Sequence record: PP337211
Reading direction: 5' to 3' (one strand)
Length of the DNA: 64,000 nucleotides
From: Escherichia phage ERS-1
In this document: in pieces, positions 46,001 through 58,564 of the stretch
How positions within the stretch are numbered: the stretch's first letter is position 1
Layout: each line of letters starts with the position of its first letter
The notes under the pieces: model-generated
The model's input: the letters and a program-made list of their open reading frames with translations, nothing else
Database searches by the model: none
Told to the model about the DNA's origin: nothing
Translations under genes and position numbers: made by a program

Positions 46001-47399
46001 TGGATGGTCTTGCCCGTGCCCGTCTCCGCCGCGGCGCCGGCGGTCTTGTGGGCCCCGATGTAGGTGGCCGCGACCGCCCGGACGCGGGCGAAGCCGTTGT
46101 TGGCGGCGTCGGTGAACTGGTCGCCGCCGCGTCCCCCGCCGATGAATCCCCGCCGCCCGTCAGGCTGGGTCGTCCGTTCTTCGCGCCCGAGCCGCGGACC
46201 AGGCGCGGATAGCTGCCCGACACGTCGATGTTCGGTTTGCGGAGCCCAACTGGAAACCGACCTTGACTGCTTCGCGGTCGCCGGGGCGTCTTCGTCGTTG
46301 CGGTTTGAGTTGCTGCGGTCGTGGCCGTGGAGCTGGCGACGTTCTTCTGCCGTTGTTCGAGGCCTGACCGAAGCCGGAGGCGAGGGCCAATTGCCGGTGA
46401 GGAACCGCGACCCCTCCGTGCCCGAGCCCTGGGTGTAGGTCTTGCCGGTGCCCGTTGCGCCGGAGAGGGCGGCGGTTCCGTTGGTCGGGATGTCGGCTGG
46501 CCTTCTGCGGATGTCCGCGAAGAAGAAGCCGGCTGCGGTTTGTTGTTCTGGGTTGTTCTCACCCGAAACCGCCCGAGGCGTCCGGTTCGTGGTCGCGCCC
46601 TCTCGCGCTGGCGGGACGGGTTGATGGGGTTCCGGCGACCGTGGCCTGCGATCCTCGGGCGTTGTAGCCGTTGGGCTCCGCGGAGACCCCGTCCGGTGAG
46701 GCCGTTCTCATCGCGTCCTCCTCCCAGGCGGAGGCCGGTGACGTTGAGTCAATCTTGTTAGCCCTTGTCCGCAACCCTCCGTTTGAAGTGGTGGGTTCAT
46801 TGGTTCGTCCGCCGACTCCACCACGTTCATCTGATACCCGCGCCGTCCGGGCCAATCTCTGGATGCGTGCGTCGCGAAACCAAACGCCGCTCGCGCGCCT
46901 CGCCCCTCGAAGGCGTCCCGGCGATCATCGCTTTTTTGGGTAGGCCCGGCCCCGGACCTGCGGGTAAAACTTGTACCGTGATCCTGTCCGGTACGGGTAA
47001 AGCGGCGACCGCCGGGGTCCGAAGGTCGCCTGCCGCGAAGTCGTGTGGGGGGCGTGATCGGGGGCATAGGGCTTGTCCGCGGGCGGAGGGTCGCCCGCGT
47101 CCACCTGGGCTGCTCCACGCGGATCGGAGCCCCGCCGTGAGGGCCGGGGTGTCCGTGGTCACTTGGTGTTGAACTGCCGGGCGATTCCGTCGCGGGCGCT
47201 GTCGAAGGTCGGGAGGGTCGTTTGCCTGGCCCTGGGTCGGTGCGATTGCTCGCCCGTTCGGGTCTGCGGTTTCACGGCGATGACCTTCCGGTCTCCCAGC
47301 CGGGCCTTTCCACCTCCGGCGGAGCCGTCTGGCCCTCCGCTGGGCGAAGTCGCGCTGGTCGCCCTTGCGGATCGTCTGGCCGTCGACGTAGCGTTGCCG

Positions 47400-48800
47400 G
47401 TCCTGGAAGATCGCTTTAACGGCTGGTCCGCCGCGACGTTGCCGCCCGGCTTCCCGGCTTCGCCGGATCGGGAGCGGCCCCGGCGGTGAAGCCCCGGCAG
47501 GGTGGCGGCCTGGCCGTTCTCTTGACTGCTTCTTGGCCTGCGCGATAGCGGAGTCGGGCCGTGCCCGGACCGCCCCGGCTCGTGCCGCCGGAGCGGAGAA
47601 GGCCCGCGCGGACCCGCTTCTGGTCCGCCGCCGGGCAATTCGGGTCCGGAAGACGGCCTGCTGCCCGAAGGTGACGGACTCGCCGACGGGTCCGACCGCT
47701 TCCGACTTCGAGGACTGCCTCGCCCGAGGCGTTCCGCTCCGGGTCGGGGTTTTGGCTCCGCGGCGAGGGTGCGCGGCGTACCCGCGCGCTTCCGACCCTG
47801 CGCGGGATGTCGTCGATGTAGCAGCGGTTGCGGTCCTGGCGTCGTCCGGGGCCCTTCCCGTGGTCTGGTCGCGGCCCTGCCCTTGCCCTTGAAGTTGAAC
47901 CGCTGGTCCGGTAGTCGGTCGCGCGGATGACCGCGGCCTCGGTACCCTGGGGGTCCGTGGAGCCCGCGAAGGAGTTGCCCCGGTCGGTGTGGTAGGTTTG
48001 AACTCCTCCGCTGACGTAGGTGTTCGCCCCGGCGACGCCCTCCCGCGTCGTCTTGGACGACGGGTGCCTTCGCGTTTCCGGGCTTGACATCGGCCTGGCG
48101 GATCGTCCTGATGTTCTGCGCGGCTCCGGTTGATCTTGGTCGGCTCGGTTTCCGTAGCCCGGGCTGAGGGACGCGGGACTTGAGGCTGGTGCGTTCTGAC
48201 GTGCCGGGTCGGGTCGGCCCGGGTCGTCCGCGGGCGTCGAGGCGGTGATCCTGTAGGACGCCCGCCGCCCCGCCGTTGTAGCTGGAGGACGAAGGCCCGT
48301 CCGTGACCGTCGCGCCCGGGTTCGCGGCGATCCTCGCCCTGTTCTCGTCCAGTTTCGATGGCCGTGAGCTGGAAGCCCGGGTCAGGCGGTTCTCCCGTCG
48401 ATCGCGGGAGGGAGGCGTGGGCGCCGCGCTCCTCGAACTCGTTTGAACCGTTCGGAGCCGTCCGGCGATAGGCGACCGTGACCTGACCGAAGCCGAAGCC
48501 GGTATTTGCGATGAGGGCGCGCCTCGCCCGCGGGTTCTGGCGGAGTGCGTGAGGCTGAGACCGCTTTCCTGCTCCGATCCTGGCCGCGAGGGTCCGGGCT
48601 CCGGGCTTGCGGCCGGACCGCCCCTGCGGCTCGACCTGGGCCGGCGCATACACCTTCGCCCCCGAAGGGACGAAGGTGCGGGCGTCCTGGGCGAGGGCGA
48701 CGGAGCCGAAGGCCCAGTAAGGGACCGCGAAGGCGAAGTGAATCAGGCTCTTGCCGGCACCAATCCCAGGAAGGTGAAGGGATGGTTGGGGCGACGGCGA
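47400..48800 (-). CDS. Hypothetical structural-like protein(s)
   Basis: GIGAGKSLIHFAFAVPYWAFGSVALAQDARTFVPSGAKVYAPAQVEP and NTYVSGGVQTYHTDRGNSFAGSTDPQGTEAAVIRATDYRT on the minus strand. Confidence 0.25.
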
Positions 48801-51800
48801 GGACCTTGAGGCCCCGTCCTGCCCGAGCTCTCCCGGGCGGTGCGAGCCATTCCCAGGTCCGCCCTGGGCAGTACTGCGGGTGATCCGGGCGGTGATCCCT
48901 GCCTGCGCGAGGGCGCTGTCCGTTGCGCGAGGGTAAGGTTGCCATGGCGGGTCGATCCGGTGCGGGACGATGCTGGCGATGGTACCCGCGCGAGGTCGAA
49001 GAAGGGGCGAGGGCGCTTGCGGTCGGGGAGGAAGCGGGTGACGGCGATGTTGGTTGTTGGTTCTCCGGTTGCGGGAGGGTGCGGCCGGACGGCGGACCGC
49101 GCCCGGCTGAAGGGCGGTTGTTTTCCTGATGGCCCGGTCGCCGTCTGCGGCGATTCCCCGGTAGCCGCCGAAGTCTCTGGTGGGGTCGGCGTCCTGGCTC
49201 CCGGCTCCGCCGGCGGACTTGCTGGTCCGGATCGGGCTGGGACGGTAGGAGACTTGGAGGCGCCTGCCGCTGATTGCCTGGTCCTGGGGTCCGGGAGTGC
49301 GCCGTCCCGCGCCCGGGCGTCCGCTCGCCGTTGGGCGAACTCCGCCCGGAGGTCTGCGACGCTGTCGGCGGGCTTTCCCGTTCACGGTTCTGTCGTTGGC
49401 CTCAGCCAGGAGGCGTCTCCTGCTCCCGTTCCCGGGCGCGGACCTCCTCCTCGGATTCGTCGATGGCCTCCGCCGCCTCCGCGGTCGCGTCCGCCTTCCC
49501 GGAGCCGTAGCCGAAGCCGTAGCCCGCGAGGGTGATCAGGCGACGGTGAGGACGCCCGCCGCGGCCCGGGCCTTGGAGGAGGGGAAGCCGAACCGGCCGG
49601 ACCTCGCCCTTGTCCCTTGCCCTTGATCGGCGGCGGGGCCGGAAGGAGCCGGAGCGGACTTGCCGCCCCCATTGTCCTTCCAGTTCTGGCCGTGACGGTC
49701 GCCCGAACTTTCAGGGTTGACCATCTTCGAGGCGGTTGCCTTGGTGGTGCCGGATTTCGCCGGATGCTTCTCCTTCGGAGTTGGTTGGGTTACTGAGCGG
49801 CCTTCGCCTCGTCGCGGGTATGGCCCGGGGCGACGGCTTCCCGTGGCGCGGGTGATGCCGGGGAGCCTGCTTCTCCCGGTGGTCATCGCGGGCTTCCCGT
49901 CCTTGGTCGGTGGGTGTCGTCCGCCGGGTCCTGCCCAGGACCGCCTTCTGGAGCTTGGTGTTGGCTCGGCGGTCGGCTCCTTCGCCGGATCGGTCGGGAC
50001 TGCCGGTCGCCCGTCCCCTTTGGATATACCCGGCTCGCCCGGCTTCGGCTTCGTACCTCTGCCGCGACAGGCGCCGCGTCCCGGTTTTGGCCTGCCCCCG
50101 TTGGGCTGAACGTCGCCGTGTACCGGCTGTTGGCCGTCCGGCTGGCAGCCTTCTTGAAGATCCCGCTGGCCCTTCGGGCACCTCTTCAGTGCGGGTGTCC
50201 TTCCGGGTAAGCCTGCCGTTGCGTTCGAGGAAGCGGGCGTGGGGCGACCTCCTCCGCCGGAGCGGTGATGGTCTGGGCGGCCCTTCTCGAAGGCGTAGGG
50301 CTGACTGCCCCAGCGGATCGCGCGACCCGCGAGGGTTCCGGCGGAGAGGGGCGTTCGTTTGGATGATGGTGGTCCGGTACGGTTCTCCGGTAGATTAAGG
50401 GAAGGGCGGACCGATCCCGCGATGGTGAGGGTGTTACGGTGCGGCCCGCCCTTCGGGTACGCGGGCGGGGCGCCCGCCCCGTCGCGGGGCGAGCCCTTAG
50501 TTCCCGAGGATGCCGTCTGCGGTGGTCGAGCCCTCCCGCCGTCGCCGTCGAACTTCGTGGTGGTCGCTGGCCGTCGGAAGCCGGCGAGGTCGCCGGCGGC
50601 CCCGCGCTGTGCCCTGTTCGTGGCCGGACTTGTCCGCGTGCCGGTCACGGCTTCTCCGCTCGTTTGGAGTCCTCCGACCGGCCGCCCTTCGGGTACGACG
50701 GGGGCCTCCCCCGGAGGGCGGGACCGCCTGGATGCCCGCGGCCCTGAGTCGCGGTCGGGTCCTCGGCCATGCCGTGGTGGCCACGCCTGCGCGCGCAACC
50801 GTTGTCTGCGTACCCGCGAAGATCGTGGTGGTGTCGGCGCCGGTGCCCTTGGTCTGGTTGGTCGGGATGTAGTCGTTGCGGAAGATCGGGGTGCCCGAGT
50901 AGGCCGGACCTCCGCGCCGCTGGCTCGACAACCCTGTTGATGGACGGACCCTGGTGGTGCGGAGCAGCGCCTTGTAGCTGTGGTGTACGCGCGGGCGGCC
51001 ATGTAGTTCGCCTGGCTGCCCTTGTCGGCCAGGTCCTTTGCTTGTTCTTTCCAGTGATGGCGAAGCTGACGTCGGAGCCGTTCGCGCCGGTGGTCGCTTT
51101 CTGACCGGAGGCGCACAGCTGGATCAGGCCCGCGAACTCGTTGCCCGCGCCGGTGCCGTTGATCCGCTGGTCCTGGCAACTTGCGGCTGGCGGACTTCGC
51201 CTTGGAGGCGATCTGGACCTGCGGTCTGGTCGTCGCCGTCGCCGGAGCGGGTAGCCTGGATCCTGGCTGTTCGCTTTGGCGTTGCCCGGATGGTGGTGAG
51301 GTTGGAGTTGACCTTGGCGAGGTTGGCGGCCTTACCGGTGCCCGCGCTGGAGAAGGTCGTGCCGAGCCGGCCTCACGACGTTGCCGGGTGACGTTCTCGC
51401 GGTTGTACGCGAGGCCGTCGCCTTCGATGGAGCTCGAAGGGCCGTCGAACCTTTGCCGGTTGACGGTGATGATGTTCTCGATCCCTTGCCCGTGCCCGTT
51501 CGTCCTGGGCCGCTTGGCGCTTTCGGGGGGAAGCCTAGCCTTGACGGCTTCCTTCCGGAGTCGATGAATTGTAGCGGTTTCTGCCGTGCCGGATTGCCCG
51601 GTGTTCCGTCGCGGCCCGCGGAATGCCCCGTGGGCCTTCGCCTCTGGTGATATGTCGGAGCGGATGCCAGAGTACGGTTGCGAAAAGGGAAGCCCCCTGG
51701 CCGGGCCCCGGGGCCTCCCCATCCGTGTCGCCCGACCGCGGCCCGCCTTGAACTGACCCTTGGCGAGGCCTGGGCGATCTTCTCGTTGGCGGTGGTGACC

Positions 51801-54800
51801 TCGCCCTGCTGGCGCGGAGGCGTTGACCGCCGCGCCGGAGGGTTGCCGCCGCCCGCCGGGGCTTCCGACTCCAACCTGTGGCCTGGCTTCTCGTTGGCCT
51901 TCCATTTGCTGACCGGCTCGCGGATGGTCCTTGGGCTGGCCGGTTGTCGCCTGAGAATGCTGGACCCCTGGGTCGACCCGAGCCCTTGAATTCGCCGTCC
52001 TGCTCCACCCCTTGACCTGGTCTTGATGAAATGGTGAGTTCCGGGATGCCCTTCGGCCTTGGCGGCTGGTGGTGGTGCTTCTCTCTACCTGGAGCCTGGT
52101 GCCGGTTCTGGAGGGCTTCGGCGCGGGCTCCGGCCCTTCTGTCCTTCGCGCGTGGCGGTGGCCCTGGTGAACCTTGTCCGTTTGCTTGGCTTCGCCGCCC
52201 TGCCCTGTTGTTCTGGAGTTCGGTCGGCTTCGCGGCGATGTTGGCCTTGATCTCCCTCCTGGCGTCGTCGAAGCCTGCCCGGGGCGGTTTGGCGAGGTCT
52301 TGGCCTTCGCCTCGGCGCGAGCGGCCTTGAGGGAGCGGTTCCTGCTGGTCGTTGGTTTGCCATCCCCTTGTGGGCTTCGTCCGGCACGGTCTGCCCTTCA
52401 TTGCCTGCTGTAGATTCCCCGGCAACTGTTCCGGGACCTTGTCGATGGAATCGACCGGAGTGAATTGAAGTTGGGAATCTGTACCCCTGTTGCTGGTGGA
52501 TCCCGCCTGTGTTGTGCCTTGCGGTTTGGTGTTGTAGCCTCTGGCCTTGTGCGGGTGCCTGCCTTGCGGAAGGCGTCCGGCTTGCGCTCCGCGAGTTGAG
52601 AGGGCTGCTCGTTGCCGGCCGATCCTGGACCGGTCCCGTTCTGCCTGCCCTCCCGGGCTGCTTGGCCTCGGTCTTGCCCGTGACCCTTCCTGGAAGGAGG
52701 CGGGCTGCGCTTCAAGAAGTCCTGACACGCGGTCGCCGCCGGAACCCGGCCCCGTTCTCCGCGGCCCGGCCTTCCCGACGTCCTGGATCGGCTGCCCTGC
52801 CCCTCCTTCGCCTTCCGGCGGAAGTCGATTTCGCTTGGCGCGGGTCCGGGATCCGTTGCGGTCGGCGATTGCCCTGGAGGCCCTCGCCGTCGATGTAGGC
52901 GACCGGCCGACTGGTGAAGTGGGCCGGGGCTTCGCGTCCTTGGGCTGGAGGTGGGGATGTCCGCGGGGCTTGTCGCTTGCCTCGGGGCTCCCGTGGCCGT
53001 CCCGGGCGGGGTGCCTGCCGTGGTCCGACCGTCCGGCGTGTCCCCCGGCCTTCGCCGTGATGATGTCGCTGTTGGCGTCCCGGGCGCAGCCCCGCGCGGT
53101 GTTGGACGCGGTTGACCGCGGTGCGGACGATCCCCGGGCGTCCCGCCGGGTCATCGACGATGCCGTCCGGGCGGCGCTCTGCGCGTCCCGACCCCGCTGC
53201 GATGTCGTCAATGGGTTCCCCCGTTCGTCGTCCGAGCTGAAGGGCCGTGGCTGCTGCTGCTGGCTCAGCCGCCTCCGGTGCTGAACCTGTCCCGGCAGGA
53301 ACCGGCCCTGGAACGGGCGGAGGTGGCGATGGCCCGGAGCTGGTCCGCGTTCGGTTGCCTTGAAGCTCGTCGTAATCGTGATGGAGGACCTGTAGGCCGT
53401 CGATTTCGGCCTGGCCTTCGAGGACGGCGAGCTGCCCGAGTCGCCTGGCGGGTCTTGTACTCCGCGAGGGCCGCGGCCGGGCTCCGCGGATGTCCGTGGG
53501 TGGCCTTCCTGCGTTCGCCGGTGAAGTCCGTGCACGGCCCTTGAAGCGGGCGAGCCGGGTGCGCGTGTTCGGTCGTGTCGCGGTCCGCCTCCTCCGGGAG
53601 CCGGGCGACCCGCTGGCGACGCCCGCGGTGTAGCGGTGGTGTCGATCCTGGTGACGCGCGGCGTCCCTGTAGTTCTTCGTTAAATGTTGCGGTTTCTGCC
53701 CTTCTGGATTGTGTCGGTCGGTAGCCGGTCTTCCTGGGCTGCTTTGATTGAAGGAGAGGCCTCCCGTCGGGCGTGACTGGGCGAGCCGGGCGAGCTCCCC
53801 GCTTCGCTTTCCGCCTTCGCCGCGTCTCCGGCGATCTACCGACCCCGGACCGCTCCGAGAAGCGTTGCTTGGCGTCCTCCTTCCCTCGACCTGGACGGCC
53901 TGCCGCGGCGCTCCCGGACTCCGGCGGCTTGTGATAGCCGGGCGCGCCTTCGCCCCTTTCGGTTGCTTGTAGCCGTTCGGCTTCCTGGTCCCGAAGGCTT
54001 GAATGGCCCTTTGTTCGGCTGGGTGTAGTCCCGTTGTTCCGTGATTGCGGCGTTTGGTTGCGCCTGGCCCGGCAACTGTTCGGGCGTGGTGGAAGGGCCT
54101 CCCCGGCACTTCTCCCGCTTCAGCGGCCCGCCTCGGCGTACCGGTCCTTGAACCGGCCTGAGCCGTCTGGGTCGTGATGCCCAGAGGCTTTCCCGTTGGG
54201 GAAGGACCCGGGGGCCTGTCCCTGCGTTTCCTCCTCCGGCTCTGGTCGGTCCGTTTGCTGAAGTGGATACGCCTGATCGGAACGGGCCAGGACGATGCCT
54301 GGAGGAGCGAAGCCGGCAAGTGCTGGTTGTCGGCGGTTTACGCCTCCCGCATTTCCGCGCTTCGCCGCCTTCGCCGCCCTCGCCTTCGCCTTCGCCCTCC
54401 TCCCCTTCGGGCGGGTTCTTCTGGCCGGGTCCGTTAGGCTGCGCGGCCCATCGCCTTGCCCATTCCTCCGGCTCCTCCCGTCCTCGTCCGTCCAAGTCCT
54501 CCGGCAGGACCCGCGCGGAGGCCGTTCGGGGCGCCTCCGCCGGCGACGTCGCGCTTCTCGCGTGCGACTTGGAGGGCCTGAAGGCCCGGGCGTCCGTTCT
54601 CCGTCGGCCCGGGCGCGGCGCCGCCGTTCGGCCCGAGGCGGTAGCCGTTCCGCGGCGACGTCCGGGCCTGGGCCGGGCGTCCTCGCACCTGCCCCGTCGT
54701 CGCGCTCGCGTCGCCGGTCGCCTCCGCGCTGTCCGCGCCCGGCGGTCGCCGTCTGCCCGCCGGTCTGCGCTTCGGGAAAACCCCGCGCCAGGCCCGCCCC

Positions 54801-57513
54801 GCGCCTCGGGTGCCCTTGAGGTCCGTGCGGCCCGCGGCGATGGCTGGCCGTGTGCTCCAAGTAGAACCGGCCCGCCGGTCCGGGTTGGAGGCCCTCGCTC
54901 CGGCCGATACCCTCCGGTCCCAGTCCTCCCCGCACGCCCCCAGGCGAGGATCGGGAAGCGGGAGACGGTGAGGATGTGGCGTTGGTCGGAGGCGGACTGC
55001 CCGTGCGCCGTTGAGGTGAGCCGTGCCGGGAGTGGGGGGCTTGCCCTTTAAGCCTTGGCGGTCCGCGTAGAAGGTGACCTGCGGGGACGTAGTTCTGGGC
55101 CCCGTCGCCCTTCTCCCCTTGCCCTTGCCTCCTTCCTGGGCGTTGGACTTCTTCGCCGGCTCCCGGCCTGGAGGCCCGGCTCCGGGACGCGGATGTGGCG
55201 CTTGGCGACCTCCGCGAAGCCTGCCCTGCTCGGCGAGTGTTCGATGATGCGGACGTGCTGGAGGACTTCCACCCCGTCGATCGACCTCTGACCGGGCGAA
55301 CCTGGGGCACCCTCGGCCCATCAGTTCCCTGTACTGGGCGCAGGCCCTCCCGGTGACCCTTGCCGGGTCTGGGGTTGGCCGCCTCCGCGGGGCCTGGGGC
55401 GGGGGCGTCGATGAGGACGTGGGCAGGGCCTTGGCCCTGCCTTCGCGAACGGAAACTGACGGGCGTACCGTCGTTCCCCGCAGGTCCGTTGGTGATCGTC
55501 TCCTCAATTGCCTTGGGACGTTCTCTCGTCCAGCTTGATCGGCTCGCTGAAGGGCTTGCCGCTTGGGTGTCCGTGTCTGTTCGACCCTTGCTCAGGAGGA
55601 CGGCGGAGGCCTGGGCGCTCCTGATAGCCCTTGTCCGTCTCCTCCTGGGTGGCGGGGTACGCCCCTGCCCGCCTCGCGCATTGTTTGCCCCCTGCCCTGG
55701 GCGTCTCGATGACGTGCCTGCGCGGAGCCGGTTGCGCCCCGCTGGTCGTGGCGGGGCTCTTCGGGCTCTTTGTTGGCCGGCGGTCGGTTCTCCCTGGTTC
55801 GCGGAATCTCGCCCGAAGGCGAGGACCCGGGTCAGTTGCATGCGCCTGCTCTGACGCGCGCTCGTGCGCGGCAGCGGTTGCGTCGCCGTGGTCCTCCGCC
55901 TCCGTGTTCGCTGTCCTGTTGTCGTTGTGGGGCCTACCTGCACTGTCTCGATGGTCTGTGATGCTTCCGTCGAAGATGGGGACCTGCCCTGGACCTCGCG
56001 CGGTCCCCCGCCCGCCGGAGGGGCAACCCCCTCGAGGCTGGCGGATTCGCTCCTGCCCTGCTCGCGCGAGCCTGGGCCTCGTCCGCGGGCGTCCGGTGAC
56101 GCCTCCTCCCCGTCGGCGATGCCGTCGCCGTTCTCCCGCTCAAGATGGAGGAGCTGCGGGGCCGGGCTGACCCGACCTTCCGGTCGCCCCTCCCCTCCCT
56201 CCCCTCCCTTGGGCGACCTCTGAGGCGAGCGGCACGCCCTCGTTGCGCGTTCCGTTCCTGCTGGCACCGCTCCTGGACGGGCGAGATTGCCCCTGCCTTT
56301 CCCGGCCTCGCGGCCGGTTCCCTTCCCCCAACGGCTCCCCTTCCCACTCCGCCCGGCGACGGCGAAGGGCTTGCAGCTGCCCCGTGAAGCCGCGGGACTT
56401 TTCGCTTCGGGATCACCGAGGGCGGACGGAGGACGACGTGCACGTCCCCCGCGGTAGATGTCGTCAAACATTCCTCACCCGCGATGATGTCCCGGGAGCC
56501 GTGGAGCCAGGCGGCGAGTTCGGAGGGGTTCCGGGCCGCGGCTCGAATCTTGCCGATGTACTCCGGGTCAGCGTGGAAGGTGATTTGGTCTCGGGCATGG
56601 ACCGTGGATGGCGACCCGGGGCGGTTCGCGCTCGCCGTCTCGCGTCCGTGATTCCCGACTGCCGGTGGGGAGGCGGAAGCGGGCCTTGACCCGTCGTGGC
56701 CGGGGCCTAGGGGTCGGCGGTCGCCCGGTAGCAGTGGGATCCGGCTTCGCGGAGTGGCAGGGTCCGTTAATGGCGAGCTCTGCCATCGGCCGAGTTGGTA
56801 AGTTCTTCCCTGCCAATCCACGGATAGGCGTGGCCGTGGTAGTTCCAGATCCTCCGGCGACTTCGCGTGACGCGAAGCTGCTCCTCGCCGTCCGGAAGGT
56901 CCGACTTGTGCTCCACCTTGTTCGGTACTCGGCCCCCGGGAGATGTGCTTGTCCCTTGGTGGTCTGTCATTGTCTGATGGCTGGGGTAGGTCGTGAAAGC
57001 CTATGCCCTGCCTCTCGACCCGTAGCCCTTCCCCCGGTGCCGGAGGAAGTCCATCAGCAGGCAGCTCGGTCTGCCCGGGCCGCGCGTCCCCTCAGACAGC
57101 ACCTCGAAGATCGGGTGCGCCTTTAAGGAAGGCGAGCTGCGACCTGTACTGCGGGGCCTGTCGCCTCCGACTCCTTCCCCGTCTCCGGTCCGGCAGCAGC
57201 CCTGGCTCGCTGGGCTCCGCCTCGCGCCGCTTCGGACCAAGAAGGTCCGGGCGGGCGGCGATGGCGACCGCCTTGTCGTTTTTCGGTTCGAGCGGGCTTT
57301 GCCGCCCTCCCCGGGTCGGACGGCCCGGCGTCCCGCGGGCGAGGTCCCGGGCTGGTTCTGCCGGTCGTTGATCGTGGCCTGGAGCCCCCGGACGAATTAC
57401 CCTGCCGGTGCCCGAGGCGGGCGGCTGGCCGCGTCCTTCCCGTTCCTCGAACCTCCTGCGGTGGGCGCGGAGGCATGGCGCGAGCGAATCGCTGGCACCC
57501 CGCCTTCGTGCGG

Positions 57514-57846
57514 TCACTCCGTCCTTGAACTTCCCGCCATGATCGGGCGCTCCTCGCCGCCCGCGCCCGCTTCAGGGCTGTGCTGGAACCTGTGCCGTCG
57601 CTTGGCGGGCGTCCTCCGGCCTGGGAACTCTTGGGTCCCTTGAGGCGATAGTCGATGGTGGAGCCCGGCACGCCGCGGCAGTTGCGCGTGTATTCCGCCC
57701 TCCTGTTGGGACGCGTGCGGTAGGTTCCGTACCTGCCCTCGCGGTCCGAGGCGAAGGGTCGGCTTTGGCTCCGGTTTTGGTTCTTGGTTGGGGCGGGTTG
57801 CTCCCCCTTCGGCGTGACTGTTCGTCGGTTGCGGTTGCGTGGCCAT
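57514..57846 (-). CDS. Hypothetical protein, first gene of the leftward block
   Basis: ATG at 57846 about 40 nt downstream of the motif half-site at 57884-57901; MATQPQPTNSHAEGG... Confidence 0.3.
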   Translation of the reverse strand: MATQPQPTNSHAEGGATRPNQEPKPEPKPTLRLGPRGQVRNLPHASQQEGGIHAQLPRRAGLHHRLSPQGTQEFPGRRTPAKRRHRFQHSPEAGAGGEERPIMAGSSRTE

Positions 57847-57883
57847 CCGAACCCGGCCTCAGGTTGGAGGAGTTTCCCTCGCC

Positions 57884-57901
57884 GCGAGTATAGCGTGAAG
57901 C
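57884..57901 (-). promoter_or_regulatory. Conserved motif half-site at the right end of the leftward gene block
   Basis: gcgagtatagcgtgaagc, same CTTCACGC-TATACT arrangement as copy 5; lies between the AT-rich island and the first minus-strand ATG at 57846. Confidence 0.4.
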
Positions 57902-58282
57902 TTGCAGTTAGGCGGGTCGCGCGCGGGGAGAGGTCAGGAGCGTGTGGCGAGGTGCTGTCTCAGGGACAAACCAAATGATGTTTAACCTTAGCAGACCACC
58001 CGGTCCCAAGTAGACTACACATAACCATCGCTAAGGTTAACCTGGTAACCTGCACACAATACTCTCAGCACCTCTATCCGCTTTTTATTTAAAAACTCTT
58101 GGTTTCTTTTAAACGTTTGGCCCGATGATTTTTTGTTGCAAAGAGGTTTCCTTATTTTCTGTTGTTTCTTTTGATTCCCCTTTAACCAGTGAATTTCTAG
58201 GTGCTGGGAACTCTGTGTCCCAACTTACCAGGTTAACCTTAGCAATACGTAACTGAACCAAGTAGATGCTAGCAAGTCAATT

Positions 58283-58510
58283 GCTAAGGTTAACAGACGA
58301 CTACAAACGGAATCTACAGCGTCAATTGCGTAGTGAAGTAAGAAAGTTGAAAAAATCAGTTTACATTGACGATGATTTTGATTACAATACTTCTCAACCA
58401 GTTTAAGTTTAAATTAATCTTTTGAGGTTTGTCGGAACAATTTATATTAAACTGGTTCTTTTTAAACAGGTGCTGTCGATTCCGTTTGTAGTCGTCTGTT
58501 TAACCTTAGC
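58283..58510. repeat. About 38 bp inverted repeat flanking a 151 bp AT-rich spacer
   Basis: Left arm 58283-58320 gctaaggttaacagacgactacaaacggaatctacagc; right arm 58472-58510 is its reverse complement with one indel and one mismatch. Confidence 0.7.
58360..58388 (+). promoter_or_regulatory. Near-consensus sigma70-like promoter facing right
   Basis: TTTACA (58360-58365), 17 nt, TACAAT (58383-58388), inside the IR spacer; downstream AAGGA (58551-58555) and ATG at 58565. Confidence 0.5.
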
Positions 58511-58564
58511 ATATGTCTAATGTCGAAGCCACACACCACCGCCAGAGTTAAAGGATCGACTCCC

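Larger units (their letters stand above)
57975..58520. repeat. AT-rich island with five copies of GTTTAACCTTAGCA in alternating orientation
   Basis: Copies at 57980-57993 (+), 58030-58042 (-), 58231-58244 (+), 58283-58294 (-), 58498-58511 (+); the core GGTTAACC is itself palindromic. Abrupt composition change from the flanking GC-rich DNA. Confidence 0.7.

Noticed and set aside
57980-58511. The 15 bp terminal direct repeats as target-site duplications of a transposon
   Set aside because: Too long for typical target-site duplications and no transposase-like coding sequence inside the island; kept as a possibility only under the AT-rich island finding.
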